This document shows, piece after piece, positions 9,661 to 19,447 of a stretch of 64,000 bases of DNA. The position numbers and the translations under genes are program-made. The first letter of the stretch is position 1; every line of letters begins with the position of its first letter. The stretch is from Nitrosopumilus sp. (GTDB taxonomy: Archaea; Thermoproteota; Nitrososphaeria; Nitrososphaerales; Nitrosopumilaceae): NCBI GenBank assembly GCA_965219345.1, contig OZ244732.1, forward strand, positions 192,001 to 256,000. The letters run 5' to 3'. The notes under the pieces were generated by a model, which ran no database searches, had not been told where the DNA came from, and was given only the letters and a program-made list of their open reading frames with translations.

Positions 9661-9844
9661 ATTCCAACTGACAGGACATGGAAATCATCAGCAAAACAGC
9701 ACAGGGGATCACACAGACCCTGTGGCAGCAGTTGCAGGCCAAGACGCGGTACGGCAGCTCAGTCCCCATGCAAGATTCTTCAACAAAAGAATCAAAAAAA
9801 TAGGCTTATCAGTAAATAACCCCAAAATATCAAGGAGGATAGCT

Positions 9845-11605
9845 ATGTGTTCAATTATTGGTTACTACGGAAAGAAGATTGCCGCGCCCATCATTGTAAA
9901 GGGATTAAAAAGAATGGAATATCGTGGATACGATAGTGTTGGGGTTGCAACAGAATCCAAAAATAAAATTGAGTTAAAGAAAGGCACTGGAAAAGTAAAT
10001 GAAGTAAATTTAAAAGTTCAGTTAGATAAACTTCCAGGAAAAGTAGGTATTGGCCATACTAGATGGGCAACACATGGAAAAGTTACAACTAACAATGCAC
10101 ATCCGCATCCGAGCAACTCTGGAAAAATTGCAATAGTACATAATGGAATTATAGAAAATTTTGAAGAATTAAAAAAACAATTAGAAAAAGAAGGATATAA
10201 TTTCAAAAGTGAAACAGATAGTGAAGTAATTGCAAACTTACTTCAAAAAAATTATGAATCAACTGGGGATGTTAAAGAAACAATTATGAAAACTGTTGCA
10301 AAACTTAAAGGGCATTTTGCATTTGTTGCAATATTTGAAAATGGTCAACTTGCAGCTGCAAGATTTCATGAGCCATTAATAATAGGAGTTGGGCGAGATG
10401 ACTTCTTTTTATCAAGTGATGTTTTGGGATTTATTGAACATACTGATGATGCAATTTACATAAAAAATGGGAATTTTGTTATTTTAGATAAAAATGAGTT
10501 TCAGATTTTAGATTTTAATGGTGAACATGCAAAATATGGGATAACAAAAGTTTCAAAAGAATTTGGAGATGCATGCAAAGGAGATTATGCACATTTTACA
10601 TTGAAAGAAATTTACGAACAACATGAAACAATTTTGAAAGCTGGAGAAAAAACAGCAGATGCAATTGAAAAAACAGCAGACTACATTAGACATGCAAAAA
10701 ATATCTATATAACAGGAAGCGGTACTAGTTACAATTCCGCGCTAATTGCAAAGCAAATTTTATCAAAATACGTCAAAATTAAGGCTGAACCAATCATATC
10801 AAGTGAACTCCAATTTGCATCAGACAGCATTGAAGAGAATTCCATTCTAATTGCAATATCTCAAAGTGGAGAAAGTGCAGATGTCTTAGACGCGGTAAGA
10901 ATAGCAAAAGAAGCAAATTGTAAGATAATATCTATTGTCAATTTGTTGACATCATCACTTGTACGTGAATCAGATGTAGTAATTGGCATGAATTGTGGAC
11001 CTGAAATTGGAGTTGCAGCAACAAAGAGTTTTACATCACAGCTAGTAGTACTCTACAAAATTGTACAAAAATTGAGTAAAAATGAAATAACAATTAATTT
11101 TGAAAAATTCTCTGAATCAATTTTAAAGATATTAGATGATCCAACAAAAATCAAACAGATTGCCAAGGAGTTAAAGAAAATTTCTGACATTTATGTTTTA
11201 GGTAGGGGAATAAATTATCCGATTGCAATAGAGGCAGCACTGAAACTTAAAGAATTAACATACATTCATGCAGAAGGAATTCCAGGGGGAGAATTAAAAC
11301 ATGGACCTCTTGCATTAATGGATTCAAACGTATTTGTGATAATTATCAATCCAAATGATTCAACATATTCAGATACGCTAACAAACACAAGAGAAATTAA
11401 AGCTCGTGGAGCAAAAATTATTGGAGTTTCGGATATAGAAAGTGATGTTTATGATTATTGGATAGAAATTCCAAAAATAGATGAAGTGTTGTATCCAATT
11501 TCAGAAATCATTCCAATACAGTTGTTATCTTACTATGCAGCACTTGAAAAAAATACAGATCCGGATTATCCTAGAAATCTAGCAAAATCAGTTACAGTGA
11601 AGTAA
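9845..11605 (+). CDS. glmS: Glutamine--fructose-6-phosphate aminotransferase
   Basis: N-terminal MCSIIG (catalytic Cys), GHTRWATHG, SQSGESAD, C-terminal PRNLAKSVTVK; AGGAGG RBS before ATG 9845 (ORF track start is too far upstream). Confidence 0.97.
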   Translation: MCSIIGYYGKKIAAPIIVKGLKRMEYRGYDSVGVATESKNKIELKKGTGKVNEVNLKVQLDKLPGKVGIGHTRWATHGKVTTNNAHPHPSNSGKIAIVHNGIIENFEELKKQLEKEGYNFKSETDSEVIANLLQKNYESTGDVKETIMKTVAKLKGHFAFVAIFENGQLAAARFHEPLIIGVGRDDFFLSSDVLGFIEHTDDAIYIKNGNFVILDKNEFQILDFNGEHAKYGITKVSKEFGDACKGDYAHFTLKEIYEQHETILKAGEKTADAIEKTADYIRHAKNIYITGSGTSYNSALIAKQILSKYVKIKAEPIISSELQFASDSIEENSILIAISQSGESADVLDAVRIAKEANCKIISIVNLLTSSLVRESDVVIGMNCGPEIGVAATKSFTSQLVVLYKIVQKLSKNEITINFEKFSESILKILDDPTKIKQIAKELKKISDIYVLGRGINYPIAIEAALKLKELTYIHAEGIPGGELKHGPLALMDSNVFVIIINPNDSTYSDTLTNTREIKARGAKIIGVSDIESDVYDYWIEIPKIDEVLYPISEIIPIQLLSYYAALEKNTDPDYPRNLAKSVTVK

Positions 11606-12665
11606 ACAATCGAGAGTATTCTTTTTCTGCTAACTCTAAAAATTTTGCAGTATCATTTCCTGTTTTGAGCATAGATGAAATAATACTGCCGCCGGCACCT
11701 ACACCTTCTTTTGCAAATCCTTCTGAAAATGCCCTTAGGCCAGAATATTGTGAATTTTTTAAACCTGGATTTACAGAAAATGCAGGAATATCTGAAATTT
11801 TTGGGACTAGGTTTTTGAAATTTGCACTTACATCATCTGTAATGTAAGAGGTTGTTCCAATTGCAGTATTTTCTTCATTAAATCCAATTTTTGATGCAAA
11901 TGCCAATACGGCAGTCATCTGGGTTCCGCCGGCCAACATTACTTTGGAAACATCAGAAGCAGAAGTCAACATTCCTGCAGCAAAAGGAATCATCGGATCC
12001 CCAACTTTTGCAACAATACTGTAAGGATGATCAGAGTCTACTCTTTCAAGTGCAGAATTAACAATTTGATTTTTTAATTCAACAGGATTGTTTGGGATAC
12101 TGGAACTCACTTTAGCATCAAAACCTAATGCTTTCAATACAGCTAATGCAGTGGTTGTCCCGCCAGGAATGCTCTCACCAATTATCAAACAATCAGTTAG
12201 AGATGCCATATTTCTTCCAACAATTCGACCATAATCAACAGCATCAGATACTTGGGAGTCAGTCATAGCATCTTGAGTTGAAATGTTTTTTCCAAAAGAC
12301 AATCCTGTTTCAACAAAGGGTAATTGAGGAGAAATTTTACTACCAGCGTTAATTGTTAAATGAGGGATACTTGCAGAGTCCAAGGCAGTTTTAGTTAATA
12401 ATCCAGGGGTTGGTTTTCCATCAGGAGTCATTGGAATACTATCAATTGTTTTACAATATCCATAGTGAAGATACTCTGCATCAGCTGGTGGAGTAAACTG
12501 TATTGAGTTCTTGTCTGCACCTGCAAAAGTAATTCCAGGAACTTCACAAGTCTCAGTATATGAAATTACAAATGAAAAAAGAAATCTTCCCGACTTTATA
12601 GTTTCAAGAAAATTTTCAGCCTTCTCAACATTACCAAATAGTTCAAAATTTTCCAAAAGGTTCAC
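11592..12665 (-). CDS. cobT: Nicotinate-nucleotide--dimethylbenzimidazole phosphoribosyltransferase (archaeal CobT)
   Basis: TPPADAE, PTPGLLT, GESIPGGTTTA, LAGGTQM and KEGVGAGG motifs. Confidence 0.9.
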   Translation of the reverse strand: MNLLENFELFGNVEKAENFLETIKSGRFLFSFVISYTETCEVPGITFAGADKNSIQFTPPADAEYLHYGYCKTIDSIPMTPDGKPTPGLLTKTALDSASIPHLTINAGSKISPQLPFVETGLSFGKNISTQDAMTDSQVSDAVDYGRIVGRNMASLTDCLIIGESIPGGTTTALAVLKALGFDAKVSSSIPNNPVELKNQIVNSALERVDSDHPYSIVAKVGDPMIPFAAGMLTSASDVSKVMLAGGTQMTAVLAFASKIGFNEENTAIGTTSYITDDVSANFKNLVPKISDIPAFSVNPGLKNSQYSGLRAFSEGFAKEGVGAGGSIISSMLKTGNDTAKFLELAEKEYSRLFTSL

Positions 12666-13273
12666 AAACCCATCATTTCAACAAACTGTTGTTCAGTTCG
12701 TTTTTGCATTATATGGTTGGTGGTTTTTTCTTGCCTAATAGTCGATGTTTCTGAATTGCCATAATTGTGACCAGAATATAACACCAAATCATCATCTAAG
12801 GTATAGAGAATGTCAAAAAGGCTATGATAAAGCTCTTTTGCACTTCCTCCAGGTAAATCAATTCTTCCACAATTTCCAACAAATAATGTGTCACCGGAGA
12901 AAATTTTGCCATCACCAGTAAGACAGATACTGTCCTTGGAATGACCTGGAGTATGAAGAACTTTTAGTTTTGAATTACCAAATTCGATAAAATCCCCATC
13001 CTTCACTGTTATGTCGTGCTTTAATTCGGAAAATTCATGTTGAATAATAGGAGCTTTAGTAGATTCGGCCATTGCTTCATTTCCCATAGTATGATCAAAA
13101 TGATGATGTGTGTTTACAATGTATTTTATTTTTAGATTATTTCTTTTTATGATCAGTTCTAATTCAACAAGTTCCCAAGACGGATCAATAAGGATTGCCT
13201 CATTTGTATCTTCATCTTCAACAATGTAGGTAAAGTTCTGCATATTTCCTACTTGAATTTGATGAACTTTCAT
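12662..13273 (-). CDS. Metallo-beta-lactamase-fold hydrolase (glyoxalase II-like)
   Basis: THHHFDH, HTPGHS, FSGDTLF, GH motifs. Confidence 0.9.
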   Translation of the reverse strand: MKVHQIQVGNMQNFTYIVEDEDTNEAILIDPSWELVELELIIKRNNLKIKYIVNTHHHFDHTMGNEAMAESTKAPIIQHEFSELKHDITVKDGDFIEFGNSKLKVLHTPGHSKDSICLTGDGKIFSGDTLFVGNCGRIDLPGGSAKELYHSLFDILYTLDDDLVLYSGHNYGNSETSTIRQEKTTNHIMQKRTEQQFVEMMGL

Positions 13274-13917
13274 AAAATGCCCTCTTCAGCTTCTAGAGGG
13301 ATTCCAATTTTTTCAGCATACAATTTCCCCGTCAAGTCTTTTCTTTTAGGAATTCCTTGTTTCATTTTATGAAATGTAACTGTCATGTCACATTTTGTAA
13401 AGATGTTTGCCGTCTCTCCCGTTTGTGGATCTAATCCAGAAGGCACATCTACAGCAAGCTTGTAGCAATCTGTTTGATTGATATAATTAATTGCAGATGC
13501 ATATGGCTCGCGAATCTCTCCCGATATTCCAGTACCCAAGATACCATCTATTATGACATCTGGTTTGAAATCAAAGTCAAAAGAATCTCCCGATATTAGT
13601 TTCACAGATGGCATTTTTTGCAAAATAGACCAATTCCAATTACTTTCCTCAGTTTTGATTTTATCAGGAGTGCCAAGAAGTATTACTGTAACTTTTGCGT
13701 TATAACCAGCTAAATGTCTTGCCATTACCAAACCATCACCGCCATTATTCCCCAATCCTACAAAAATTAGAATATTTTTTGATTCTAAATTTCCAAGTTT
13801 GTCAACTAATCGTCTAACTGATGCGGCACCTGCATTTTCCATCATGAATTTTTTTAAAAATCCCATATCATGACCTTTATTTTCAATTTGATACATTTGA
13901 TCAACAGTAATTTCCAT
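13270..13917 (-). CDS. nnrE: NAD(P)H-hydrate epimerase (YjeF N-terminal)
   Basis: MMENAG, GNNGGDG, DGILGTG, AVDVPSG. Confidence 0.93.
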   Translation of the reverse strand: MEITVDQMYQIENKGHDMGFLKKFMMENAGAASVRRLVDKLGNLESKNILIFVGLGNNGGDGLVMARHLAGYNAKVTVILLGTPDKIKTEESNWNWSILQKMPSVKLISGDSFDFDFKPDVIIDGILGTGISGEIREPYASAINYINQTDCYKLAVDVPSGLDPQTGETANIFTKCDMTVTFHKMKQGIPKRKDLTGKLYAEKIGIPLEAEEGIL

Positions 13918-14037
13918 AATTTACAAGAAAATCATATCCAAAATAAGAGCTTTGGGGATGTGTTTCAGGTAAAAAATAATTTTTATCTCAAAAATTCTAA
14001 TGATTTATCAACTACCAAGATCTAAAACCATTAGACA

Positions 14038-15324
14038 ATGGGTTCTGCAGGGAAAATAATAGGAATTGGAATTGTAGTCATCATAATTATTATTGGATTA
14101 GCTTATGTAATTGGAGGTTCAGATACGGAGGTTAGCGAATCTATAGATTCAACAGTTCAAGAAACTTCAGAATTGTCAGGTGTTGTCGATATAGGATTAA
14201 TTTTACCACTTTCAGGGGATTTAGCTACCCATGGATTAGAAAACTTGGAAGGCTCAAAATTAGGAGTAGTTGAGTTTAACAAGCATTTAGAGGAAATAGG
14301 AGCCACATGGACATTAAAAATGACTTCGGAGGATTCTGCAACTAACCCAGTCATTGCATTAGAAAAATTAACTTCGCTTAACGCTAAAGGAATTAAAATG
14401 ATAGTTGGTCCTGAAACTAGTTCTAACATTAGAAACATGAAGGGATATTCAGATTCAAACAACATGTTGCTAGTTAGTTGTTGTTCATCAGCTCCATCTT
14501 TGGCTATTCCAAATGATAGTGTGTATCGTCTAGTTCCAGATGATTCTAATCAGGGTACTGCACTTTCAAAGCTAATTCAACATGAAGGAATTAAAGTACT
14601 AGTTCCTGTTTGGAGAGGAGACACATGGGGTGATGGATTAAGTGATGCCACTGCTAGTTCATTTGTCCAACGTGGTGGGATTATAGATGAGGGTGTTCGT
14701 TATAATCCAGAGTCTCCAGAATTTTCTGCATCGACATCATTACTTGCTGAAAAAGTACAAGAATATGCAGATGAGTATGGAAAAGACAAAGTAGGTGTTT
14801 TATTTTTAGGATTTGCTGAAATTTTACAATTTACACAATCTGCATCACAACATGAGATTTTGGATGATGTTAGATGGTTTGGACCCGGAGCTAATACTAA
14901 AGAACATAAATTAATTGATGATCCAATTGGTTTAGAGTTCTCAACTAACGTTCAGTTTACTACGGTTCAATTTGCAGCATCTAAAATCACCGATACCGGT
15001 GCTGTAAATCCAATTTATGAGAAAGTGCAAGATCATCTAACTGAAACTTTGGGAACTGCACCTAACTCATTTGTGCTTTCTTCATATGATGCTGTATGGA
15101 TTATTGGCCTTGCAATACTTGAAACTCAAAGCACGGATGTTACTACAATAAAATCAGTAATTTCAGATATTGCAGAGAACTACAGCGGCGCAATTGGCCC
15201 CACAATACTCAATGAGGCAGGTGATTTGGCACAAGCAAATTATGAAGTCTGGGGAATCAGAGGCGGTGAATGGGCATTATTAGGACAATATACCCAGTCT
15301 ACGGATTCAATATCACTAATTTAG
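14038..15324 (+). CDS. Branched-chain amino acid-type ABC transporter substrate-binding protein, N-terminal membrane anchor
   Basis: Hydrophobic N-terminus; IGLILPLSG, IVGPETSS, YDAVW; next to livFGHM. Confidence 0.85.
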   Translation: MGSAGKIIGIGIVVIIIIIGLAYVIGGSDTEVSESIDSTVQETSELSGVVDIGLILPLSGDLATHGLENLEGSKLGVVEFNKHLEEIGATWTLKMTSEDSATNPVIALEKLTSLNAKGIKMIVGPETSSNIRNMKGYSDSNNMLLVSCCSSAPSLAIPNDSVYRLVPDDSNQGTALSKLIQHEGIKVLVPVWRGDTWGDGLSDATASSFVQRGGIIDEGVRYNPESPEFSASTSLLAEKVQEYADEYGKDKVGVLFLGFAEILQFTQSASQHEILDDVRWFGPGANTKEHKLIDDPIGLEFSTNVQFTTVQFAASKITDTGAVNPIYEKVQDHLTETLGTAPNSFVLSSYDAVWIIGLAILETQSTDVTTIKSVISDIAENYSGAIGPTILNEAGDLAQANYEVWGIRGGEWALLGQYTQSTDSISLI

Positions 15325-16052
15325 GAAATTCCCAAGTATAACTTTCCAAGTTCAGGATGGTTCAATAATTCATCAGGTTTTCCTTTGAACACACCCTTAC
15401 CATTAGCGAAAAGATAAACAAAATCACCCAAAGTTAGAGCCCTTTTGACGTTTTGTTCCACTAGAATAATTGTAATTCCAAAATCATCTCTCAATTGTTT
15501 AATTTTTGAGAGTACCTCATTAGCTAGTTTTGGAGAAAGACTGGCAGTTGGTTCATCAAAGAGCATAACATTTGGCCGTCTTATCAAGGCCATACCCATA
15601 GCAAGCATTTGACGTTCTCCACCACTAAGGGTATTTGATTTTGATTTTTCAAATTTTTTCAATATAGGAAATGTCTCAAATATTTCAGGCATTCTCTGAG
15701 ACACAAGTTTTGAATTTAAGGTGTAACTAGCCATAATGAGATTTTCCTTAATAGTAAGATTGGAAAATACGTTGTTCACCTGTGGAAGATATGCAATTTT
15801 TTTTCGGGCAACTTCATGAGGTGCAAGACCTGTAATTTTTTCACCATTATAACTAATTTCTCCAGAATATACGGTACACAAACCAAAAATACTTTTGAGC
15901 AAAGTACTTTTTCCGCTTCCATTTGGTCCAACTACTATAGTGATTTCTTTTTCTTTGGCATCAAAATCGATATCAAAAAGAATGTGACTATTAACATATC
16001 CAGAGTTTAGTGTATCCACATGAATAGTTGAATGGATGGTTTTTTGTGACAT
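15321..16052 (-). CDS. livF: BCAA ABC transporter ATP-binding protein
   Basis: GPNGSGKST, LSGGERQMLA, DEPT, LVEQN. Confidence 0.9.
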   Translation of the reverse strand: MSQKTIHSTIHVDTLNSGYVNSHILFDIDFDAKEKEITIVVGPNGSGKSTLLKSIFGLCTVYSGEISYNGEKITGLAPHEVARKKIAYLPQVNNVFSNLTIKENLIMASYTLNSKLVSQRMPEIFETFPILKKFEKSKSNTLSGGERQMLAMGMALIRRPNVMLFDEPTASLSPKLANEVLSKIKQLRDDFGITIILVEQNVKRALTLGDFVYLFANGKGVFKGKPDELLNHPELGKLYLGIS

Positions 16053-16811
16053 TTATTCTCCTAGATAAGATTCCATTACTTTTGGATGTTTAATGACATC
16101 ATCAGAACTTCCTTGTGCAATAATTTTTCCTCTATTCATTGCAAAGACATGATCTGCATATTGCAATGCGATGTCTAATCTATGTTCAACAATTAAAAAT
16201 GTAATTTTTTGTTTTTTACAAAGATCGGAAATTTTTTCAAATATCTCATGGGCCAATATTGGATTTATTCCCGCAATAGGCTCATCCATAAGAATCATTG
16301 AAGCATTAGACATCATTGCTCTTCCTAATTCAAGAAGTTTTTGCTGACCGCCGCTTAGATTTTGACTTATAGTGTCTTTTTTTTCCACAAGAGAAACCAT
16401 CTCCATAATTTCCATTGCCTTATCTACAATTCTTTTCTCATCATTTTTCCATTTTGATTTTAATGGTGCTATGAGAAATGATTCGCCAGCATTGCCACTG
16501 CTAGAAATCAAAAAATTTTCCATTGTTGTAAGAGTGTTAAATGGTTGAGGTATCTGCCAAGTTCTAACTAGGCCAGTCTTATAGGTATCAAACAATCTTT
16601 TTTGAGTTATATCAATTCCATCAAAAATTACCTTGCCATCATCAGGTTTTAGAAGACCAGAAATAATATTGATGAGAGTAGTTTTTCCACTTCCATTTGG
16701 GCCAATTAATTGATATAATTTACCTTGTTCTATTTCCATATCAATTCCATCTAAAACAGTCAGACCGCCAAAATTCTTTGTAATGCCTGAAATAGATAAA
16801 ATACTCATCAA
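16053..16811 (-). CDS. livG: BCAA ABC transporter ATP-binding protein
   Basis: KNFGGL, GPNGSGKTT, LSGGQQKLLE, DEPIAG, VEH, YLG C-terminus. Confidence 0.9.
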   Translation of the reverse strand: MMSILSISGITKNFGGLTVLDGIDMEIEQGKLYQLIGPNGSGKTTLINIISGLLKPDDGKVIFDGIDITQKRLFDTYKTGLVRTWQIPQPFNTLTTMENFLISSSGNAGESFLIAPLKSKWKNDEKRIVDKAMEIMEMVSLVEKKDTISQNLSGGQQKLLELGRAMMSNASMILMDEPIAGINPILAHEIFEKISDLCKKQKITFLIVEHRLDIALQYADHVFAMNRGKIIAQGSSDDVIKHPKVMESYLGE

Positions 16812-16861
16812 AAACTCAAAGGCGTAAAGAAATTAAGGGTTTTCGATCTTGGAATGATAAC

Positions 16862-17788
16862 TTGGCTCTTGATCCAATATTTTCTGATGCTATAATTTTT
16901 GCAAGTCTTTTGGCTCTACTCAGTATTGGACTTACACTTACATATCTTACAACAAGGGTTCCAAATTTTGCTCATGCATCATTTGCCACTATTGGCGTAT
17001 ACATTGCATTAGTTGCAACAAGAGTCTGGGATAGTACACCATATATTGCAATTCCAATCGCATTTGTAATTTCAGGAATAGTAGCGGTTGCCTTGTACAC
17101 TTTTATTTTAAAACCATTAATTCGCAAAGGTGCCTCTCAAGCAATTCAGATGGTTGCAACTTTGGCATTTGATTTAATAGTAATTGCAATACTAAATATT
17201 TTTGCAGATTATATCGTAAACACGTATCAAATTACATCCAGAGAATTTACACTACGAAGTTATGATATGGAGTTTATGGGGTTGCCATTGATTGTTTTTG
17301 CAGCTCCAATTACAATTGCTATTTTAGCAATTACGTTACACATCGTATTAAGGAAAACAAAATTTGGAATTGCAATGAGAGCTGCAACTGAAAATTCTGA
17401 CTTGTCAGGAATAGTTGGAATTAATGTGAAGTTAATTTTTGGCGTAGCATGGCTCTTGGGAGGCGGTATTGCAGGAATAGCTGGTGCTTTAATGGCATTA
17501 TGGTTCCAAGGAGATCCTAATTTAGGACCGCAGTTAATACCAAGTGTCTTTGCAGCAAGTATTGTAGGAGGATTTTTCAGCATTTATGGTGCAATAGCTG
17601 GAGGGGTACTAGTTGGATTAACTGAAGTTTTAGGAACACGATTTTTAGCAGGTGAATTTGGCTCTTGGTTGATTGCATATAGACCGCTAATTCCACTTGT
17701 GTTCATCGTTGTTACGCTACTATTAGCGCCACGCGGGTTAGCAGGAATAAACTGGTCAAGGTTGAGGAGACATGGTTCTAGAAGCTGA
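16862..17788 (+). CDS. livH: BCAA ABC transporter permease
   Basis: GLTLTY..NFAH, TKFGIAMRA, IVGG; multiple TM helices. Confidence 0.9.
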   Translation: MALDPIFSDAIIFASLLALLSIGLTLTYLTTRVPNFAHASFATIGVYIALVATRVWDSTPYIAIPIAFVISGIVAVALYTFILKPLIRKGASQAIQMVATLAFDLIVIAILNIFADYIVNTYQITSREFTLRSYDMEFMGLPLIVFAAPITIAILAITLHIVLRKTKFGIAMRAATENSDLSGIVGINVKLIFGVAWLLGGGIAGIAGALMALWFQGDPNLGPQLIPSVFAASIVGGFFSIYGAIAGGVLVGLTEVLGTRFLAGEFGSWLIAYRPLIPLVFIVVTLLLAPRGLAGINWSRLRRHGSRS

Positions 17789-18833
17789 GACAGTTTTCAT
17801 TGTGGACTTGCTTGCAATTTTTGCAATCTACCTTATTGTTAATCTAAGCTTAAACATGGAATTTGGATATGCTGGAATTCCAAATTTTGGAAAAGTTCTA
17901 GCAGTAGGTGCGGGTGCATTTGTTGCAGCATCAGTTCCAGGTAGGATTTTTGCCAATATTGCGGGAATTGAGGGAGATTACATTGAAAACAATTTGGCAA
18001 TAGTCTCTGAAATTAATGTCTGGCTAGTGGATAATACTGGAATAGGGTTTGTGGTATTCTTTTTGACACTAGGTATTGCTGCAGGAGTAGGTGGAGGTCT
18101 AGGGTTACTCACATCATTTCCTGCCATACGGCTACGAGGCGATTATCTAGCAATTTCATTACTAGCTTTTGGTGAAAGTATAAGAATAATTGGAAATAAT
18201 TTCACTCCATTAGTTGGCGGTACACTAGGAGTTCAGGTACCAGATCCATTATCATTTCTTCCAGGAGAACTACGATTCCCAGTAGCTACTATGGGATTAA
18301 TCCTAATCGCAATTGTTGTGTATGTGTATAGTGAAAAAATGATTCGTTCACCACTTGGAAGAATGCTTCGGGCAGTTAGAGATAATGAAGTAGCAGCTGA
18401 ATCGCTTGGAAAAAACACCACACAGATAAGAATTAAAATAATCATGGTATCTGCAGCACTTGCGGCCATAGCAGGTGCATTGTATGCATTTTATGTTGGT
18501 GGAACAATTGCCTTTGCGTACGATAGAGCAAGTTGGACTTTTTGGCCATTTCTTATGATTCTCATTGGAGGATTAGCAAATAACAAGGGAGTAATTATTG
18601 GAACACTTCTCTTTGTTACACTACGAAAATTCATCATATTCTTCAAAGATTCATTTCAAGAATATGTTCCATTTGATGTTGTTTGGCTTGACTTTTTGTT
18701 GCTTGGGATAATTTTACTTGCAGTTTTGTTATATAGACCACGAGGAATTTTTGTTGAAAAACCCACACCGACTATAGATGCAAATGATAAACCACCAAGA
18801 TTAAAGAAAATATTTAATTTCTTTTTTAAATAG
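17772..18833 (+). CDS. livM: BCAA ABC transporter permease
   Basis: RLRGDYLAI, SPLGRMLRAVRDNEVAAESLG, RPRG. Confidence 0.9.
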   Translation: MVLEAETVFIVDLLAIFAIYLIVNLSLNMEFGYAGIPNFGKVLAVGAGAFVAASVPGRIFANIAGIEGDYIENNLAIVSEINVWLVDNTGIGFVVFFLTLGIAAGVGGGLGLLTSFPAIRLRGDYLAISLLAFGESIRIIGNNFTPLVGGTLGVQVPDPLSFLPGELRFPVATMGLILIAIVVYVYSEKMIRSPLGRMLRAVRDNEVAAESLGKNTTQIRIKIIMVSAALAAIAGALYAFYVGGTIAFAYDRASWTFWPFLMILIGGLANNKGVIIGTLLFVTLRKFIIFFKDSFQEYVPFDVVWLDFLLLGIILLAVLLYRPRGIFVEKPTPTIDANDKPPRLKKIFNFFFK

Positions 18834-18895
18834 GTTCTCCTATACGAAATCGTCTCTTATCCTACTGCATGAAAGAATCAAATCTTGAATCATTT

Positions 18896-19026
18896 GGGGC
18901 AGAACCATGTCACGCAAATTTAACACCCACTTTGAATTACGACTCTGATGAATTTTGGCGATTTTGGAGAAAATTCAGATCATGCAAATTTAACGGGGCA
19001 AACTCCATGTCACGTATTTTTAACAG
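18896..19026. repeat. Subterminal direct repeats TCAYGYAWWTTTAAC x3
   Basis: tcacgcaaatttaac 18910, tcatgcaaatttaac 18980, tcacgtatttttaac 19010; longer ggggca...ccatgtcacg unit at 18896 and 18995. Confidence 0.7.
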
Positions 19027-19069
19027 TATCATAATTTTCTTCGTGTTAACTGCCGGGGCTTTTGGGATG

Positions 19070-19294
19070 TTACATAAACATTACATAAAGAATTTTTTTT
19101 GTAGAATTAACTAGAAAACTTACCTTTTGTCCCAAATTTAGAGTAAATTCTATTGTGTGTTCGGTTACTTGTAATTCAAGTAGGTGTGGCACAACGTTTG
19201 ATATGGAAATTATCAAGTTGTCAAGGTGAATTTGTTGTTCAACTGACAAATTTTTCCTTGTTTTCTTAAAATCATGTATAGGTTTTATGATCAT
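19070..19294 (-). CDS. Small RelE/ParE-like protein (putative toxin, 74 aa)
   Basis: MIIKPIHDFKKTRKNLSVEQQIHLDNLI...VSFLVNSTKKILYVMFM resembles the RelE layout; GAGGT RBS at 19300-19304. Confidence 0.5.
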   Translation of the reverse strand: MIIKPIHDFKKTRKNLSVEQQIHLDNLIISISNVVPHLLELQVTEHTIEFTLNLGQKVSFLVNSTKKILYVMFM

Positions 19295-19320
19295 ACTGAA
19301 CCTCAAAAAAATATAGTAAA

Positions 19321-19440
19321 TTATTTCTCCATTCCTTTCACATATTCTGTAAAAGAGTGATATTCACAGGATTCTATTTCACCTGACTCAACTTTGTCAA
19401 TGATCTCTTTTGGAGTCATATCTTTGAGAGAAATTGTCAT
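19321..19440 (-). CDS. 39-aa acidic microprotein, putative antitoxin
   Basis: MTISLKDMTPKEIIDKVESGEIESCEYHSFTEYVKGMEK; not in the ORF track; lies between the transposase stop and the RelE-like gene. Confidence 0.55.
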   Translation of the reverse strand: MTISLKDMTPKEIIDKVESGEIESCEYHSFTEYVKGMEK

Positions 19441-19447
19441 ATTATTT

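Noticed and set aside
9644-9844. 67-aa N-terminal extension of GlmS, or a glmS ribozyme
   Set aside because: GlmS needs Cys at position 2 and an RBS precedes ATG 9845; I could not find the ribozyme core consensus.
18944-18980. CUGAUGA...GAAA resembling a hammerhead ribozyme core
   Set aside because: The intervening sequence cannot form stem II; only a simple TGAATTTT/AAAATTCA hairpin is present.
18869-19114. 81-aa + strand ORF
   Set aside because: It overlaps the repeat-rich element end and the RelE-like gene, with no recognisable motif.
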